Assembly: GCA_934098385.1 (NCBI GenBank)
Contig: CAKOOJ010000001.1
Location: forward strand, 13,717 to 77,716
Direction of reading: 5' to 3'
DNA from: an uncultured Bacilli bacterium
Lineage (GTDB): Bacteria > Bacillota_I > Bacilli_A > RF39 > UBA660
DNA: 64,000 nucleotides
Shown one piece after another: positions 40,555-50,234 of the stretch. The position numbers were made by a program, and so were the translations under genes. Within the stretch, counting starts at the first letter, position 1, and the number at the start of each line of letters is the position of its first letter. The notes below the pieces were generated by a model. It was not told the DNA's origin, searched no databases, and saw only the letters and a program-made list of their open reading frames with translations.

Positions 40555-40955
40555 AACATCAACTCCATAACATAAGCGTCCATATTATCATAATATTTCT
40601 TTCTTATATTTATAATTTTAAAATCATATTTTTTATATAATTTAATTGCATTATCATTATCACATCTAACTTCTAACATAACTTTTTCACTATTACCTAT
40701 TAATTCTTCTAACAATTTAGATGCAATATTCTTTCTTCTATATAATTTGTCAACAACAATATAAAGTAAATCGGTTATTTCATACATTGTTTTAAATATT
40801 ATAAAACCTACTAATTTATTATCAATATAATAGCCTATAATTTCTTTGTTTTTTATTATTTCTTCTAAATTATTTAATTTATCAAAATTATCATTTATTA
40901 ATTTACCCAATTCTATTATTCTATTTATATCTTTTATATTACAATTATTTATCAT
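40551..40955 (-). CDS. rimI: GNAT acetyltransferase, RimI-like.
   Basis: Acetyl-CoA site RRKNIASKLL. It sits between tsaB and tsaD, with 4-nt and 11-nt overlaps. Confidence 0.75.
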   Translation of the reverse strand: MINNCNIKDINRIIELGKLINDNFDKLNNLEEIIKNKEIIGYYIDNKLVGFIIFKTMYEITDLLYIVVDKLYRRKNIASKLLEELIGNSEKVMLEVRCDNDNAIKLYKKYDFKIINIRKKYYDNMDAYVMELML

Positions 40956-41544
40956 TTAAAGCATCAATTCCTTTAATATATATTGGATTTACTAAATGAG
41001 GATTTATTCCTTCTTTATTTTTTAAATAATTATATATATCATTTAAATTAAAACTATTATTTTCTATTAAATAATCTTTTTTATCTTCTACATATTTATC
41101 ATATTCTTTATTATTTAAATAAATATAATTAGATAATAAATCATTATCTTTAGTAAAATATCCTATATATTTTCCTTTTAAATCAGGTATAGCTACTAAC
41201 TTATTTTTATCACTTGTATAACTTACTGCATATGCTTCTAAACTAGTAATAGTTTTTATAGTTATATCTAACGTATAAGCTAAAGTTTTAGCAATAGTAA
41301 CTCCTATCCTAACTCCTGTAAATGATCCAGGACCATTAACAACAATTATTTCATTTAAATAGTTAGTTTTTATTTCATTTTTATCTAATAGTTCTTCTAT
41401 CATTGGTATTGTATAAATACTATGGTTTCTACTAGAAACTTGTTCTAATCTATCAATTTCTTTACCATCTTTTAAAAGACCTATAGTTATTAATTCACTA
41501 AAAGTACTTATAAATAAAGTATACATAAAATCAACTCCGCACAA
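40945..41544 (-). CDS. tsaB: tRNA threonylcarbamoyladenosine biosynthesis protein TsaB.
   Basis: VVNGPGSFTGVRIGVTIAKTLA signature. Confidence 0.85.
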   Translation of the reverse strand: MCGVDFMYTLFISTFSELITIGLLKDGKEIDRLEQVSSRNHSIYTIPMIEELLDKNEIKTNYLNEIIVVNGPGSFTGVRIGVTIAKTLAYTLDITIKTITSLEAYAVSYTSDKNKLVAIPDLKGKYIGYFTKDNDLLSNYIYLNNKEYDKYVEDKKDYLIENNSFNLNDIYNYLKNKEGINPHLVNPIYIKGIDALNDK

Positions 41545-41653
41545 CGTATTATATCACAAATCAAAGTAAATACAAAATATAGAACAAAAGATAAAATATA
41601 AATTATAAAAATTTAATTTAAAAATATCTTAAATATAGTTATAAAACAATATT

Positions 41654-41677
41654 AAAAAAGACTCGTATTTTACGAGT
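41654..41677 (-). terminator. Intrinsic terminator after mscL.
   Basis: Stem actcgta / tacgagt with a U-run in the minus-sense transcript. Confidence 0.55.
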
Positions 41678-41722
41678 ACTTATAAGTAATAGTAGACACT
41701 CAATAAATGAATATTCTATCTT

Positions 41723-42115
41723 TTATTTTTCTTTTAATAAATCTCTAATTTCTTCTAATAATAATTCTTCATTAGATTTTTTTAAAACAACTTCTTCTTT
41801 TTTCTTTTTGTTCTTTGTATTATCTGCTATTGTATTAAATATTTTAATAACCATAAATATACAAAACGCTACAATTAAAAAGTCTAATATATTTTGTATA
41901 AATACACCATAATTTATAGTTGCATCTTTTACTTTTAAAGTTAAATTACTAAAATCATGTCCCCCTATTATAATTCCTATTATAGGCATTAAAATATCAT
42001 TTACTAGACTAGTAACTATTTTTTGGAAAGCTCCACCTATTATAACACCTACCGCTAAATCTATTACATTTCCCTTACTTATGAATTTTTTGAATTCTTC
42101 TACTATCTTTTTCAT
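41723..42115 (-). CDS. mscL: Large-conductance mechanosensitive channel.
   Basis: [24 protein letters not shown] signature. Confidence 0.9.
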   Translation of the reverse strand: MKKIVEEFKKFISKGNVIDLAVGVIIGGAFQKIVTSLVNDILMPIIGIIIGGHDFSNLTLKVKDATINYGVFIQNILDFLIVAFCIFMVIKIFNTIADNTKNKKKKEEVVLKKSNEELLLEEIRDLLKEK

Positions 42116-42698
42116 TTTCTTTCATTAACCTTTCTACTTCTTTATATAATTTTTTATTAGCTTCATCTATTTCCATATTAGTTACTTTAAATGGTTTACC
42201 ATATCTAATCATAAGATTTTTACTTCTAAATTTATAATCGCCGGTAATACCAAATGGTATTAAATATGAATCTGTTTTTTTAGCCATAGATACGGCACCA
42301 TATTTAAATGGTAACAATATTTTATTAGTTCTATTTCTAGTTCCTTCTGGAAATAATCCTATTGCACCACCATCATTTAGTACACTTAATGCAAGATCTA
42401 CTGCTCTTTTATCCTTATGTTTTCTATCTACACTAATACATCCTACATAATTAAAAAACCATCTTGTTTTTTTAGAATCAAAATATTCTTTTTTAGCCAT
42501 ATAATGTATTCCCCTTTTTGTAGCAAATATAGTTAAAAATTGATCAAATAAATGAATATGATTACCAACAATTAAAATACTTCCATCTTTAGGTATATAT
42601 TCTTTATTAATTATTTTAGGATTATAATATAGTAAAAATATAGGTTTTACTATAGGTCTTAATATTTTATATAAAATTGGAACATCTTTATTCATCAT
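42075..42698 (-). CDS. PlsC-family (lysophospholipid) acyltransferase.
   Basis: HX4D motif NHIHLFDQ and FPEGTRN motif. Confidence 0.8.
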   Translation of the reverse strand: MMNKDVPILYKILRPIVKPIFLLYYNPKIINKEYIPKDGSILIVGNHIHLFDQFLTIFATKRGIHYMAKKEYFDSKKTRWFFNYVGCISVDRKHKDKRAVDLALSVLNDGGAIGLFPEGTRNRTNKILLPFKYGAVSMAKKTDSYLIPFGITGDYKFRSKNLMIRYGKPFKVTNMEIDEANKKLYKEVERLMKENEKDSRRIQKIHK

Positions 42699-44421
42699 CT
42701 ACTCCATCATCTTCCATTAATTTTCTAAAATCTACTTTACCAATCTTTGTTTTCGGTAAACTTTTTCTATATATGAATTTATAAGGTACCATATGATGTT
42801 CTAAATTTTTCTTACAAAATTCTTTTATTTCACTTTTTATAAATAATCCATGAAATCCGGATTTTAATACTATAAATGCTTTTGGAACTTCTTTTTTATA
42901 TGGATGTGGCATTCCTACAACTGAACATTGTAAAACAGCAGGATGACTTTCAATAACACTTTCTATGTGGCTAGGATATACATTATAACCACTACATATA
43001 ATCATTCTTTTACTTCTTCCCTTATAAAAAGTAAAACCATCTTCATCCATATAACCTAAATCACCAGTATGTAGCCAAATATGTCCATCATCATGCATTT
43101 GCAAAGCTTCATTAGTTTCTGTTTCGTTATTTAAATAACCTAACATTAAAGCCTTATTATGAATACATATTTCTCCTACTTCATTATATTTACATCTTTC
43201 TCTTGTGGCAGGATTGATAATTTTAATATAATTACCTGGCATTGGTATTCCAATAGAACCACTCTTATTAATTTTCTTTGTTCCTAAACATATAGCGGAT
43301 AAAGCTTCTGTTAAACCATATCCTTGTGTAATAATAGTATCAGCATTATGTTTAATTAAATAGCGATTTACATCATCTTCAAGAGTTTTGGGCAAAGTAT
43401 CTCCACCACTAATAACGTATTTTAAATTACTTAAATCTAAATTTTTAACGTTTCTGCTATTTATTAAAGCCTCAAATAAAGTTGGTACTCCAAATATAAT
43501 ACTAGGTTTAGTTTTATTAAGTAGTACATCAAATTTCTTAGGATCAAAAGTTGGGACAAGTATGCATTTATAACCACATGCAATTTGAACATGCATAGAT
43601 ACCGCTAAACCAAATCCATGAAAATTAGGCATTATTGCAAGACAACCCTCACCTACATTCATATTTTTAACAATAACCTTATCTTGTTCAGTTAGTAGCA
43701 AAAAAGCTCTATTTTGAATTACTACATTCTTTGGTTTCCCACTAGTACCACCACTATGTAAAATAACTGCCGGAGTATTTTTTGTATATTTCTTAAATTT
43801 AATATTCTTTTTATTAACAAATAAACTTTTTAAATTAAATAAGAACCAATTTGTATATAATTTATTTAAATGATAATGCTCATATTTTTTAATATTCATT
43901 ATTTTATATGGCAATTTCATATAAAATTTCATAGAATTACTTGCACTTACAAATATAACCTTTTTAACATTAGTAGAAGATATAATATTTTTTACCTTAG
44001 AATAAAACATATCAATCATTATTAAATATTTACTCTTAGTAGAAATTAAAGATTCTTTAATTTCTTCCTCTGCAGATAACGGATGTATCATATTACCTAT
44101 AGCACCTATTTTATTAAGAGCATATAAACATATTAATGCCTCTGGTACATTGGGTAAACAAATTGATATAATATCACCTTTTTTAACTCCATTATATTTA
44201 AAACTAATTGCACATCTATCAATTTTCTTTAAAAATTTCTTGTACTTAATTTTATTACCTAAATATTCTATAGCAACACTATTTGGATATCTTAAACAAG
44301 TTCTTTTAATTTGTTCATAAATAGATATATTAGGAATTTTAATATTAAATTCATTATCATCATAATATTTTTTCCATGGAGCAGGAATATCTTTTTTTAT
44401 TTTAAATAGATTAAATAACAT
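42688..44421 (-). CDS. AMP-dependent synthetase/ligase (long-chain acyl-CoA or acyl-ACP synthetase-like).
   Basis: HSGGTSGKPK, YGLTE, GDLGYMDEDGF, and the terminal PKTKIGKV. Confidence 0.85.
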   Translation of the reverse strand: MLFNLFKIKKDIPAPWKKYYDDNEFNIKIPNISIYEQIKRTCLRYPNSVAIEYLGNKIKYKKFLKKIDRCAISFKYNGVKKGDIISICLPNVPEALICLYALNKIGAIGNMIHPLSAEEEIKESLISTKSKYLIMIDMFYSKVKNIISSTNVKKVIFVSASNSMKFYMKLPYKIMNIKKYEHYHLNKLYTNWFLFNLKSLFVNKKNIKFKKYTKNTPAVILHSGGTSGKPKNVVIQNRAFLLLTEQDKVIVKNMNVGEGCLAIMPNFHGFGLAVSMHVQIACGYKCILVPTFDPKKFDVLLNKTKPSIIFGVPTLFEALINSRNVKNLDLSNLKYVISGGDTLPKTLEDDVNRYLIKHNADTIITQGYGLTEALSAICLGTKKINKSGSIGIPMPGNYIKIINPATRERCKYNEVGEICIHNKALMLGYLNNETETNEALQMHDDGHIWLHTGDLGYMDEDGFTFYKGRSKRMIICSGYNVYPSHIESVIESHPAVLQCSVVGMPHPYKKEVPKAFIVLKSGFHGLFIKSEIKEFCKKNLEHHMVPYKFIYRKSLPKTKIGKVDFRKLMEDDGVDDE

Positions 44422-44425
44422 ATCA

Positions 44426-45004
44426 TCAACCTCTCATATTATTAATTATATCATATAATCTTTTATTATCACTTAATATATCATTACTTGGATATATTAA
44501 ATCACCAAATACTATCTTTACCTTTTTTCTAAATATTTTATATCTACCTATTATTTTAAATGGTAATATAGGTGTATTAGTATCATTACTTAATTTACTA
44601 GTTCCTATTTTAAATGGTAATAAATTAGGATATTTATCTTTTTCAGTTGTTCCTTCTGGAAATATGCAAACCACTAAATTATTATCTAAGTAGTACTTTG
44701 CATTTTTTAAAACATTTTTATCTTTCTTACTTCTATCTACTGAAATTAAACCCATATTTTTAAAAATAATTCCTTTTAATCCATAAAATAATTCTTTCTT
44801 TGCTAAAAAATGTATTTGTCTATCAAATATACTCATTAACAAAACTGGGTCTAATATACTAGTATGATTACCAGCTAGTATAACTTTATCTTTATAATTA
44901 ATATTGTTTTTATTAATTATTGTAGGTTTATATATAAATTTAAATATAGGAGATAAACTATATTTAATGCATTTATATAACACATTATCTTTATATTTAT
45001 TCAT
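44426..45004 (-). CDS. PlsC-family acyltransferase (second copy).
   Basis: NHTSILDP (HX4D) and FPEGTT motifs. It overlaps the murB end by 8 nt. Confidence 0.75.
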   Translation of the reverse strand: MNKYKDNVLYKCIKYSLSPIFKFIYKPTIINKNNINYKDKVILAGNHTSILDPVLLMSIFDRQIHFLAKKELFYGLKGIIFKNMGLISVDRSKKDKNVLKNAKYYLDNNLVVCIFPEGTTEKDKYPNLLPFKIGTSKLSNDTNTPILPFKIIGRYKIFRKKVKIVFGDLIYPSNDILSDNKRLYDIINNMRG

Positions 45005-45875
45005 TATACTTTATTATTTCCTGTTCTAAAATTAAATCTATATTATATTTATTTTTTATCTCTTTTTTTATATAGTTTATTAAATTAATTATGTCTTCAC
45101 TTGTTGCATTATCTTTATTAATTATAAAATTAGCATGTTTAGTAGATACATAGGCCCCATTTATATGATATCCTTTTAAAAGTGCATCTTCAATTAGTTT
45201 ACCAGCACTAATATTTGATGGATTTCTAAATACACTACCTGCATTAGGATACATAAGGGGTTGACTATTTTTTCTTTTTTGTATATTTTCTTTTATAATG
45301 GATAACATTCTTTCCTTATCATCATTTATTAATTTAAACTTAGCACCTATTATAATCATGTTTTTATTATATTTAAAAATACTATCTCTATATAGAAAAT
45401 TACAGTCTTCTTTTTTTATTGTTTTTATTTCATTATTTATAATACAAGTTACTTCTTCTAAATAGTCACTAATAAGTGTATTATAACATCCTGCATTTTG
45501 TACTATAGCTCCACCTAAAGTACCTGGTATACCACTTAGGTTTTCAAGTCCGCCTAAATTATTATTTACCAAATTCTGTACTAGTATTGTTAATGGAATT
45601 CCAGCTTCAGCATAAACCATATTATCTTTTATATCTATATTATTTAAATTATTTAAGAGTATTATTACTCCATCGTAATTTTCATCTGGTAATATGATAT
45701 TGCTACCTTTTCCTATTATAAAATATTTTATATTATTACTTCTTAGATATTTTAAAAGTAAAAGCAATTTATTTTTATCGTATGGTTTAACTAAATATTT
45801 TGCTCTTCCACCAATTTTATAAGTATTATATATTTTTAAATCAACATTATTTTCTACTTCACCATATTCTTGCAC
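44997..45875 (-). CDS. murB: UDP-N-acetylenolpyruvoylglucosamine reductase.
   Basis: YKIGGRAKYLV, GKGSNIL, GAGSVFRNP-like (NAGSVFRNP). The likely start is GTG 45875, after GAGGGTG. The ORF-track extension to 45935 runs through a terminator-like hairpin. Confidence 0.9.
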   Translation of the reverse strand: MQEYGEVENNVDLKIYNTYKIGGRAKYLVKPYDKNKLLLLLKYLRSNNIKYFIIGKGSNIILPDENYDGVIILLNNLNNIDIKDNMVYAEAGIPLTILVQNLVNNNLGGLENLSGIPGTLGGAIVQNAGCYNTLISDYLEEVTCIINNEIKTIKKEDCNFLYRDSIFKYNKNMIIIGAKFKLINDDKERMLSIIKENIQKRKNSQPLMYPNAGSVFRNPSNISAGKLIEDALLKGYHINGAYVSTKHANFIINKDNATSEDIINLINYIKKEIKNKYNIDLILEQEIIKYNE

Positions 45876-45910
45876 ATTATCACCCTCTATTAAAATTATA
45901 ACATTAAAAG

Positions 45911-45939
45911 AAAAAAAAGAATAACAAAATGTCATTCTT
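45911..45939 (-). terminator. Hairpin plus U8 upstream of murB. It is either the terminator of the FAD-protein gene or a leader attenuator.
   Basis: Minus-sense aagaat-N11-attctt followed by tttttttt. Confidence 0.5.
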
Positions 45940-46056
45940 CTTACGAATTAGTGCTCACTAATCCAACCCTTATAGCAATATATTATTCTTGCTACTATAA
46001 ATATATTACTTTACACATTGCTTTTCAATATGTTTAGAGTTTGTTTACACCTTAGT

Positions 46057-47448
46057 TTACATTTTATTTAAAATATCTCTAGCAGCTACTAATCCTGTAG
46101 CGGCAGCAACAACTATATTTCCTGCTTTTCCAGCACCATCACCAATAAAATATATATTTTTATTATTTAATAACGCAAAATTATTATCAGTTTCTATTTC
46201 ATTTGAGAAAAATTTTATTTCTGGGCCATATAATAGTGTTTCATCATTATTTACACCAGGTATTATTTTATCTAGGGTTTCTAAGCCATCTAATATATTA
46301 GTTATTATTCTTTTAGGCATAACAAGAGCTAGATCACCTGCAACAACGTCTTTTAATGTTGGTGTTATAAAAGATTTTTCTAATCTGCTTTGTCTTGTTC
46401 TTCTAAATTTTTTTAGATCTCCTAATGTTTGTATAATAGGTTTCCCATCTCCTAAACAGTTTGCAATTTTTGCAATACATTCACCATATTCTCTAGTATT
46501 AGTAACAGGCTCAGTTAAATTTATTTTAGTTATAAAAGCAAAGTTGCTATTATTTGTTTTAACGTTTTTTAATGCATGACCATTTACACATATATATCCA
46601 TAATAATTTTCTTTAGTAACAAAACCTCCCGGATTTGTACAAAAAGTTCTAATTTCATCTCCATATGTTTTAGTCTTAATGAATATACTGGGATCATAAA
46701 TAATATTGCACAAGTCTTCTAATATTTCTTTTCTTACCTCTACTCTGACACCAACTTCTATGCTTTGAGATAAATATGGTATATTATGTTTATCGGAATA
46801 ATCTTGTACCCATTTAGCACCAGTTCTGCCTGGAGCCACTACTACTTTTTTTGCGTCGTAGCTAACAGTTTTTTTGCCTTTTTTACCAATAACCTTTAAA
46901 TTATTTTCTTCTTCTATAATGTCTAATACATCAATATTTTCTAATAATTCTACATTTTTATCTTTTAAATAATTAGTGAAATCAATAATATATCCTGGTA
47001 ATTTATCACTACCTAAATGTTTTTGTTTTATAATTAAAAGTTTTGCTCCATGTTTTGCAATATCTTTTTTTATTTTTAAAGCTTTATCCATATTAGATGG
47101 ATAAATATCACTATCCATTTTAAATTCATTAAATATTTTTTCAGTATCGTCTAAAAGATTTAAAGCATCATCTTCACTCATGTATTTATATAAATCACTT
47201 TTACCAAGTTTAGGAACAAAATTAAGTTTTCCATCACTAAAAGTTCCTGCACCGCCAAATCCAGAAAGTATTCCACATGGAGTGCAGTTTTGGCATTTAA
47301 TTCCAAACTTATTCATAGGACATACTCTGTGATGAGCAAATTTTCCTCTATCTAAAAGTAATATTTTTAAATTTTTATTTTTATTTATAAGTTCATAAGC
47401 GGTAAAAAGTCCAGCAGGTCCTGCACCAACTATAACAACATCATACAT
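46057..47448 (-). CDS. FAD-dependent protein (COG2509-type uncharacterised dehydrogenase).
   Basis: MYDVVIVGAGPAGLF dinucleotide fold, a Cys cluster CPMNKFGIKCQNCTPC, and C-terminal GDGAG. Confidence 0.8.
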   Translation of the reverse strand: MYDVVIVGAGPAGLFTAYELINKNKNLKILLLDRGKFAHHRVCPMNKFGIKCQNCTPCGILSGFGGAGTFSDGKLNFVPKLGKSDLYKYMSEDDALNLLDDTEKIFNEFKMDSDIYPSNMDKALKIKKDIAKHGAKLLIIKQKHLGSDKLPGYIIDFTNYLKDKNVELLENIDVLDIIEEENNLKVIGKKGKKTVSYDAKKVVVAPGRTGAKWVQDYSDKHNIPYLSQSIEVGVRVEVRKEILEDLCNIIYDPSIFIKTKTYGDEIRTFCTNPGGFVTKENYYGYICVNGHALKNVKTNNSNFAFITKINLTEPVTNTREYGECIAKIANCLGDGKPIIQTLGDLKKFRRTRQSRLEKSFITPTLKDVVAGDLALVMPKRIITNILDGLETLDKIIPGVNNDETLLYGPEIKFFSNEIETDNNFALLNNKNIYFIGDGAGKAGNIVVAAATGLVAARDILNKM

Positions 47449-47451
47449 ATT

Positions 47452-48588
47452 TTATTCTCCTTTAAATTTTTTTTCTAACATTTTAATAGGTTCACTTTTA
47501 TCTCTTAATATACTAGAAATAGACAAATCATTATGAATATGATAAATAACATTAGAAATCATTTTAGAACAATCACATACGTGTAACCATTCTTTTTCTT
47601 TATATGCATCTGGTATATAAGATAAATTAGTTGTATAGATTCCATCTAATAAACCATCATTATAGTATTTATTAAATTTTTCTATTCCTTCAGTGAATAA
47701 TGCATAAGTTACAATAATATACACTTTTTTTATTCCACGTTTTTTTAATTCATCTATTACATCAAACATGCTTCCGCCACTTGCAATCATGTCATCAGTA
47801 ACTATTGCTGTTTTACCTAATAAATTATCATTACCACAATAATCATGAGCAATTAACTTATATTTCCCATTTTCTAACACATTATAATCTCTTTGTTTAT
47901 AAAAACTTCCCGCTTCTCTATGTATATTTTTTGATTGAAAAGAATTTAAATACACATTTCTTCTACCAGTTGCACCATTATCAGGAGAAACAAATACTAT
48001 ATTTTTTAAATCTTCAATACTTAAATCACTTATCACTTCATCTAAAATAGTATTAGTTGGAAAAAAATTGTCAAATTCTGTATTAAACATAGCATGTTCT
48101 ACACCTTGATCATGTGCATCAAATGTTATAACACTTTTTATATGATGATTTAAATCTAGTAAATGTAACATATAACCACACATTAAATTTTCTCTAGTAT
48201 TTCTCCTATGTTGTCTACCTGCAAATAAAAGTGGCATTATAACATTAATCTTATCTGCATGACTATTGCAAGAACCAATTCCATCTAATAATTCAATCAT
48301 TAAATCAGATGGACTTGTATGATTTATCATTTGATGCATTGTATATTCTAAACTATAATTACCTATATCAGTTAACAAAAATAAATCTTTACTTCTGACT
48401 GTTTCCTCTATTTCAACTTTTAAGTGTCCATCATTAAAAAATATTTCATTAATTGGAACAATAAATGTATATTCAGACTTATCTAAACTATACATATCTA
48501 ATAGATGTTCATCTATTTTTTTTCCTAATTCTTTAGCACTTTCAAATACTATTAATCTTAATTTTTCATTTTCTACTTGTTTTTTCAT
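47452..48588 (-). CDS. prs: Ribose-phosphate pyrophosphokinase family protein (long form).
   Basis: FAGRQHRR, FDAHD, VSPDNGATGR and the PRPP-binding loop VTDDMIASGGS. Confidence 0.8.
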   Translation of the reverse strand: MKKQVENEKLRLIVFESAKELGKKIDEHLLDMYSLDKSEYTFIVPINEIFFNDGHLKVEIEETVRSKDLFLLTDIGNYSLEYTMHQMINHTSPSDLMIELLDGIGSCNSHADKINVIMPLLFAGRQHRRNTRENLMCGYMLHLLDLNHHIKSVITFDAHDQGVEHAMFNTEFDNFFPTNTILDEVISDLSIEDLKNIVFVSPDNGATGRRNVYLNSFQSKNIHREAGSFYKQRDYNVLENGKYKLIAHDYCGNDNLLGKTAIVTDDMIASGGSMFDVIDELKKRGIKKVYIIVTYALFTEGIEKFNKYYNDGLLDGIYTTNLSYIPDAYKEKEWLHVCDCSKMISNVIYHIHNDLSISSILRDKSEPIKMLEKKFKGE

Positions 48589-48606
48589 TACTTCACTCCT
48601 TACAAC

Positions 48607-48636
48607 AGAAAAACTAGGTACAAAAATTGTATCTAG
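48607..48636 (-). promoter_or_regulatory. Terminator-like hairpin in the prs leader (possible attenuator or riboswitch expression platform).
   Basis: Minus-sense ctagatac-N7-gtacctag (7 of 8 pairs) followed by TTTTTCT, about 20 nt before the prs RBS AGGAGTG. Confidence 0.4.
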
Positions 48637-48774
48637 TTCTAATTATTATGATAGCAAGAAAGTGTAATAGAAAAAAGGATTATCATATAACATTTTATAT
48701 TCATCGCTATCACCAATTTAATATTATCATTATAGCCTAATTATTTCAACAATATTTTACATTTTATTTACTAT

Positions 48775-50121
48775 TTATTCTTCTATATTATTACCTATAA
48801 TCTTATCATAATTTATTTTAGAAATTTTGATATTCTTTATATTATAATCATAAAAATTTTTAAAATTAATTTTTTTATTTTTAATATCATTCAAAATATA
48901 TTTTATAACATTATAATCATTAAATTTATAATCTATATAATAGTAGTTATCTATATTATTTATATATGGTTCAATACTATTATTATATTCTATTTCTATC
49001 TCTATATCTTTTATATTATTATCAATAATAACTTTATTATGTTTATTATAATAATCTAAATCATTAAATATTATATCATTATTCATATTTAATTTAATTG
49101 TTTTATCACTATCATATTTTACATTATTATGTATATCAAATTTACTGAATTCAATAAAGAATATACCACTTCCTATTCCAATAACAAATAAACTTATTAT
49201 AAATAGTATAAAACTTCTTTTAAAGTAGTATTTCATATTAAATATAAATCTATACATTAATTCTATAAATACATAAGCGTTTAATATTAAACCTACAAAT
49301 AATATAAATAAACCTAAAAAAATAATTCCATATTTCAACCATAATAACGATATAGTATCTAAAAATACTAAAAATATAAAACCTATAATTAAAAATAATA
49401 GAATGAATATTACAAATATTTTTATTAGTCCTCTTATAAATTTAAACAATAACATAGTAAACGCATTAGGAGTATGTTTTGGATCTCTAATAATTATTTT
49501 TTCATGATTACTATTTATATTTTTATTAACAACATCCTTCTCAATTATTTTGTCTTTAACATTATTATCTTCTATTGTAATATAATAGTCTAAATATCTT
49601 ATCTTAAATAAATGTAGCGTAATAACAAATGATATAATAAACATTAACAAACTATATAACGTTTTAAATATATTAAATACATATCTATAAATATCTGTAG
49701 GTAAAAAATTAAATATATTAAAAATAGTATCTTTTAAAAACATTCCAAATATATATGATATAAAGTAACAGATTAATATAATTAACATTATTTCTAGTAT
49801 ACATTTTATTTTACCAATAAATTTCATACTCCAAAACATATTATATGTTTTAGTAATTAATCCTAAAATATCACTACCAATATTTTTAAAATAATTCTTA
49901 TTGTTATCTTTTTTTATTCCTAACGTATCATCATCAATTAAATCTTCTAAATTACAATCTAATACTTTTGTAACTTTAATTATCGTAGACATATCAGGAT
50001 AACTACTTCCGCTTTCCCATTTACTAATGGCTTGTCTACTCATCCTTAATTTCTCAGCAAGAGCTTCTTGACTCAAATTTTTTTCTTTTCTTAGTTTGGA
50101 TAACTTATCTTGAAATTTCAT
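48775..50121 (-). CDS. Membrane-embedded XRE-family HTH regulator.
   Basis: N-terminus LSKLRKEKNLSQEALAEKLRMSRQAISKWESG (Cro/C1 HTH), followed by about 6 TM segments and a C-terminal domain of about 110 aa. Confidence 0.75.
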   Translation of the reverse strand: MKFQDKLSKLRKEKNLSQEALAEKLRMSRQAISKWESGSSYPDMSTIIKVTKVLDCNLEDLIDDDTLGIKKDNNKNYFKNIGSDILGLITKTYNMFWSMKFIGKIKCILEIMLIILICYFISYIFGMFLKDTIFNIFNFLPTDIYRYVFNIFKTLYSLLMFIISFVITLHLFKIRYLDYYITIEDNNVKDKIIEKDVVNKNINSNHEKIIIRDPKHTPNAFTMLLFKFIRGLIKIFVIFILLFLIIGFIFLVFLDTISLLWLKYGIIFLGLFILFVGLILNAYVFIELMYRFIFNMKYYFKRSFILFIISLFVIGIGSGIFFIEFSKFDIHNNVKYDSDKTIKLNMNNDIIFNDLDYYNKHNKVIIDNNIKDIEIEIEYNNSIEPYINNIDNYYYIDYKFNDYNVIKYILNDIKNKKINFKNFYDYNIKNIKISKINYDKIIGNNIEE

Positions 50122-50172
50122 ATTTTCTTCACCTCTAACGAAATTATATATCTAATAATATTAGTAGCACAA

Positions 50173-50214
50173 TATAAATTTAGTTACATTTTGTATAAAT
50201 TTAGTTGCATTTTG
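50173..50214. promoter_or_regulatory. Tandem 21-nt direct repeat (candidate operator) upstream of the XRE regulator gene.
   Basis: tataaatttagttAcattttg (50173-50193) and tataaatttagttGcattttg (50194-50214), 20/21 identical, 52-93 nt upstream of the ATG at 50121. Confidence 0.45.
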
Positions 50215-50234
50215 CCTTTTTGTATAATTTTAAA

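Noticed and set aside
48589-48774. Assignment of the prs leader to a known riboswitch class (purine, PRPP/ykkC, PyrR attenuator or T-box).
   Set aside because: By eye I could not find the conserved junction sequences of any of these classes. It is therefore reported only as an unclassified structured leader.
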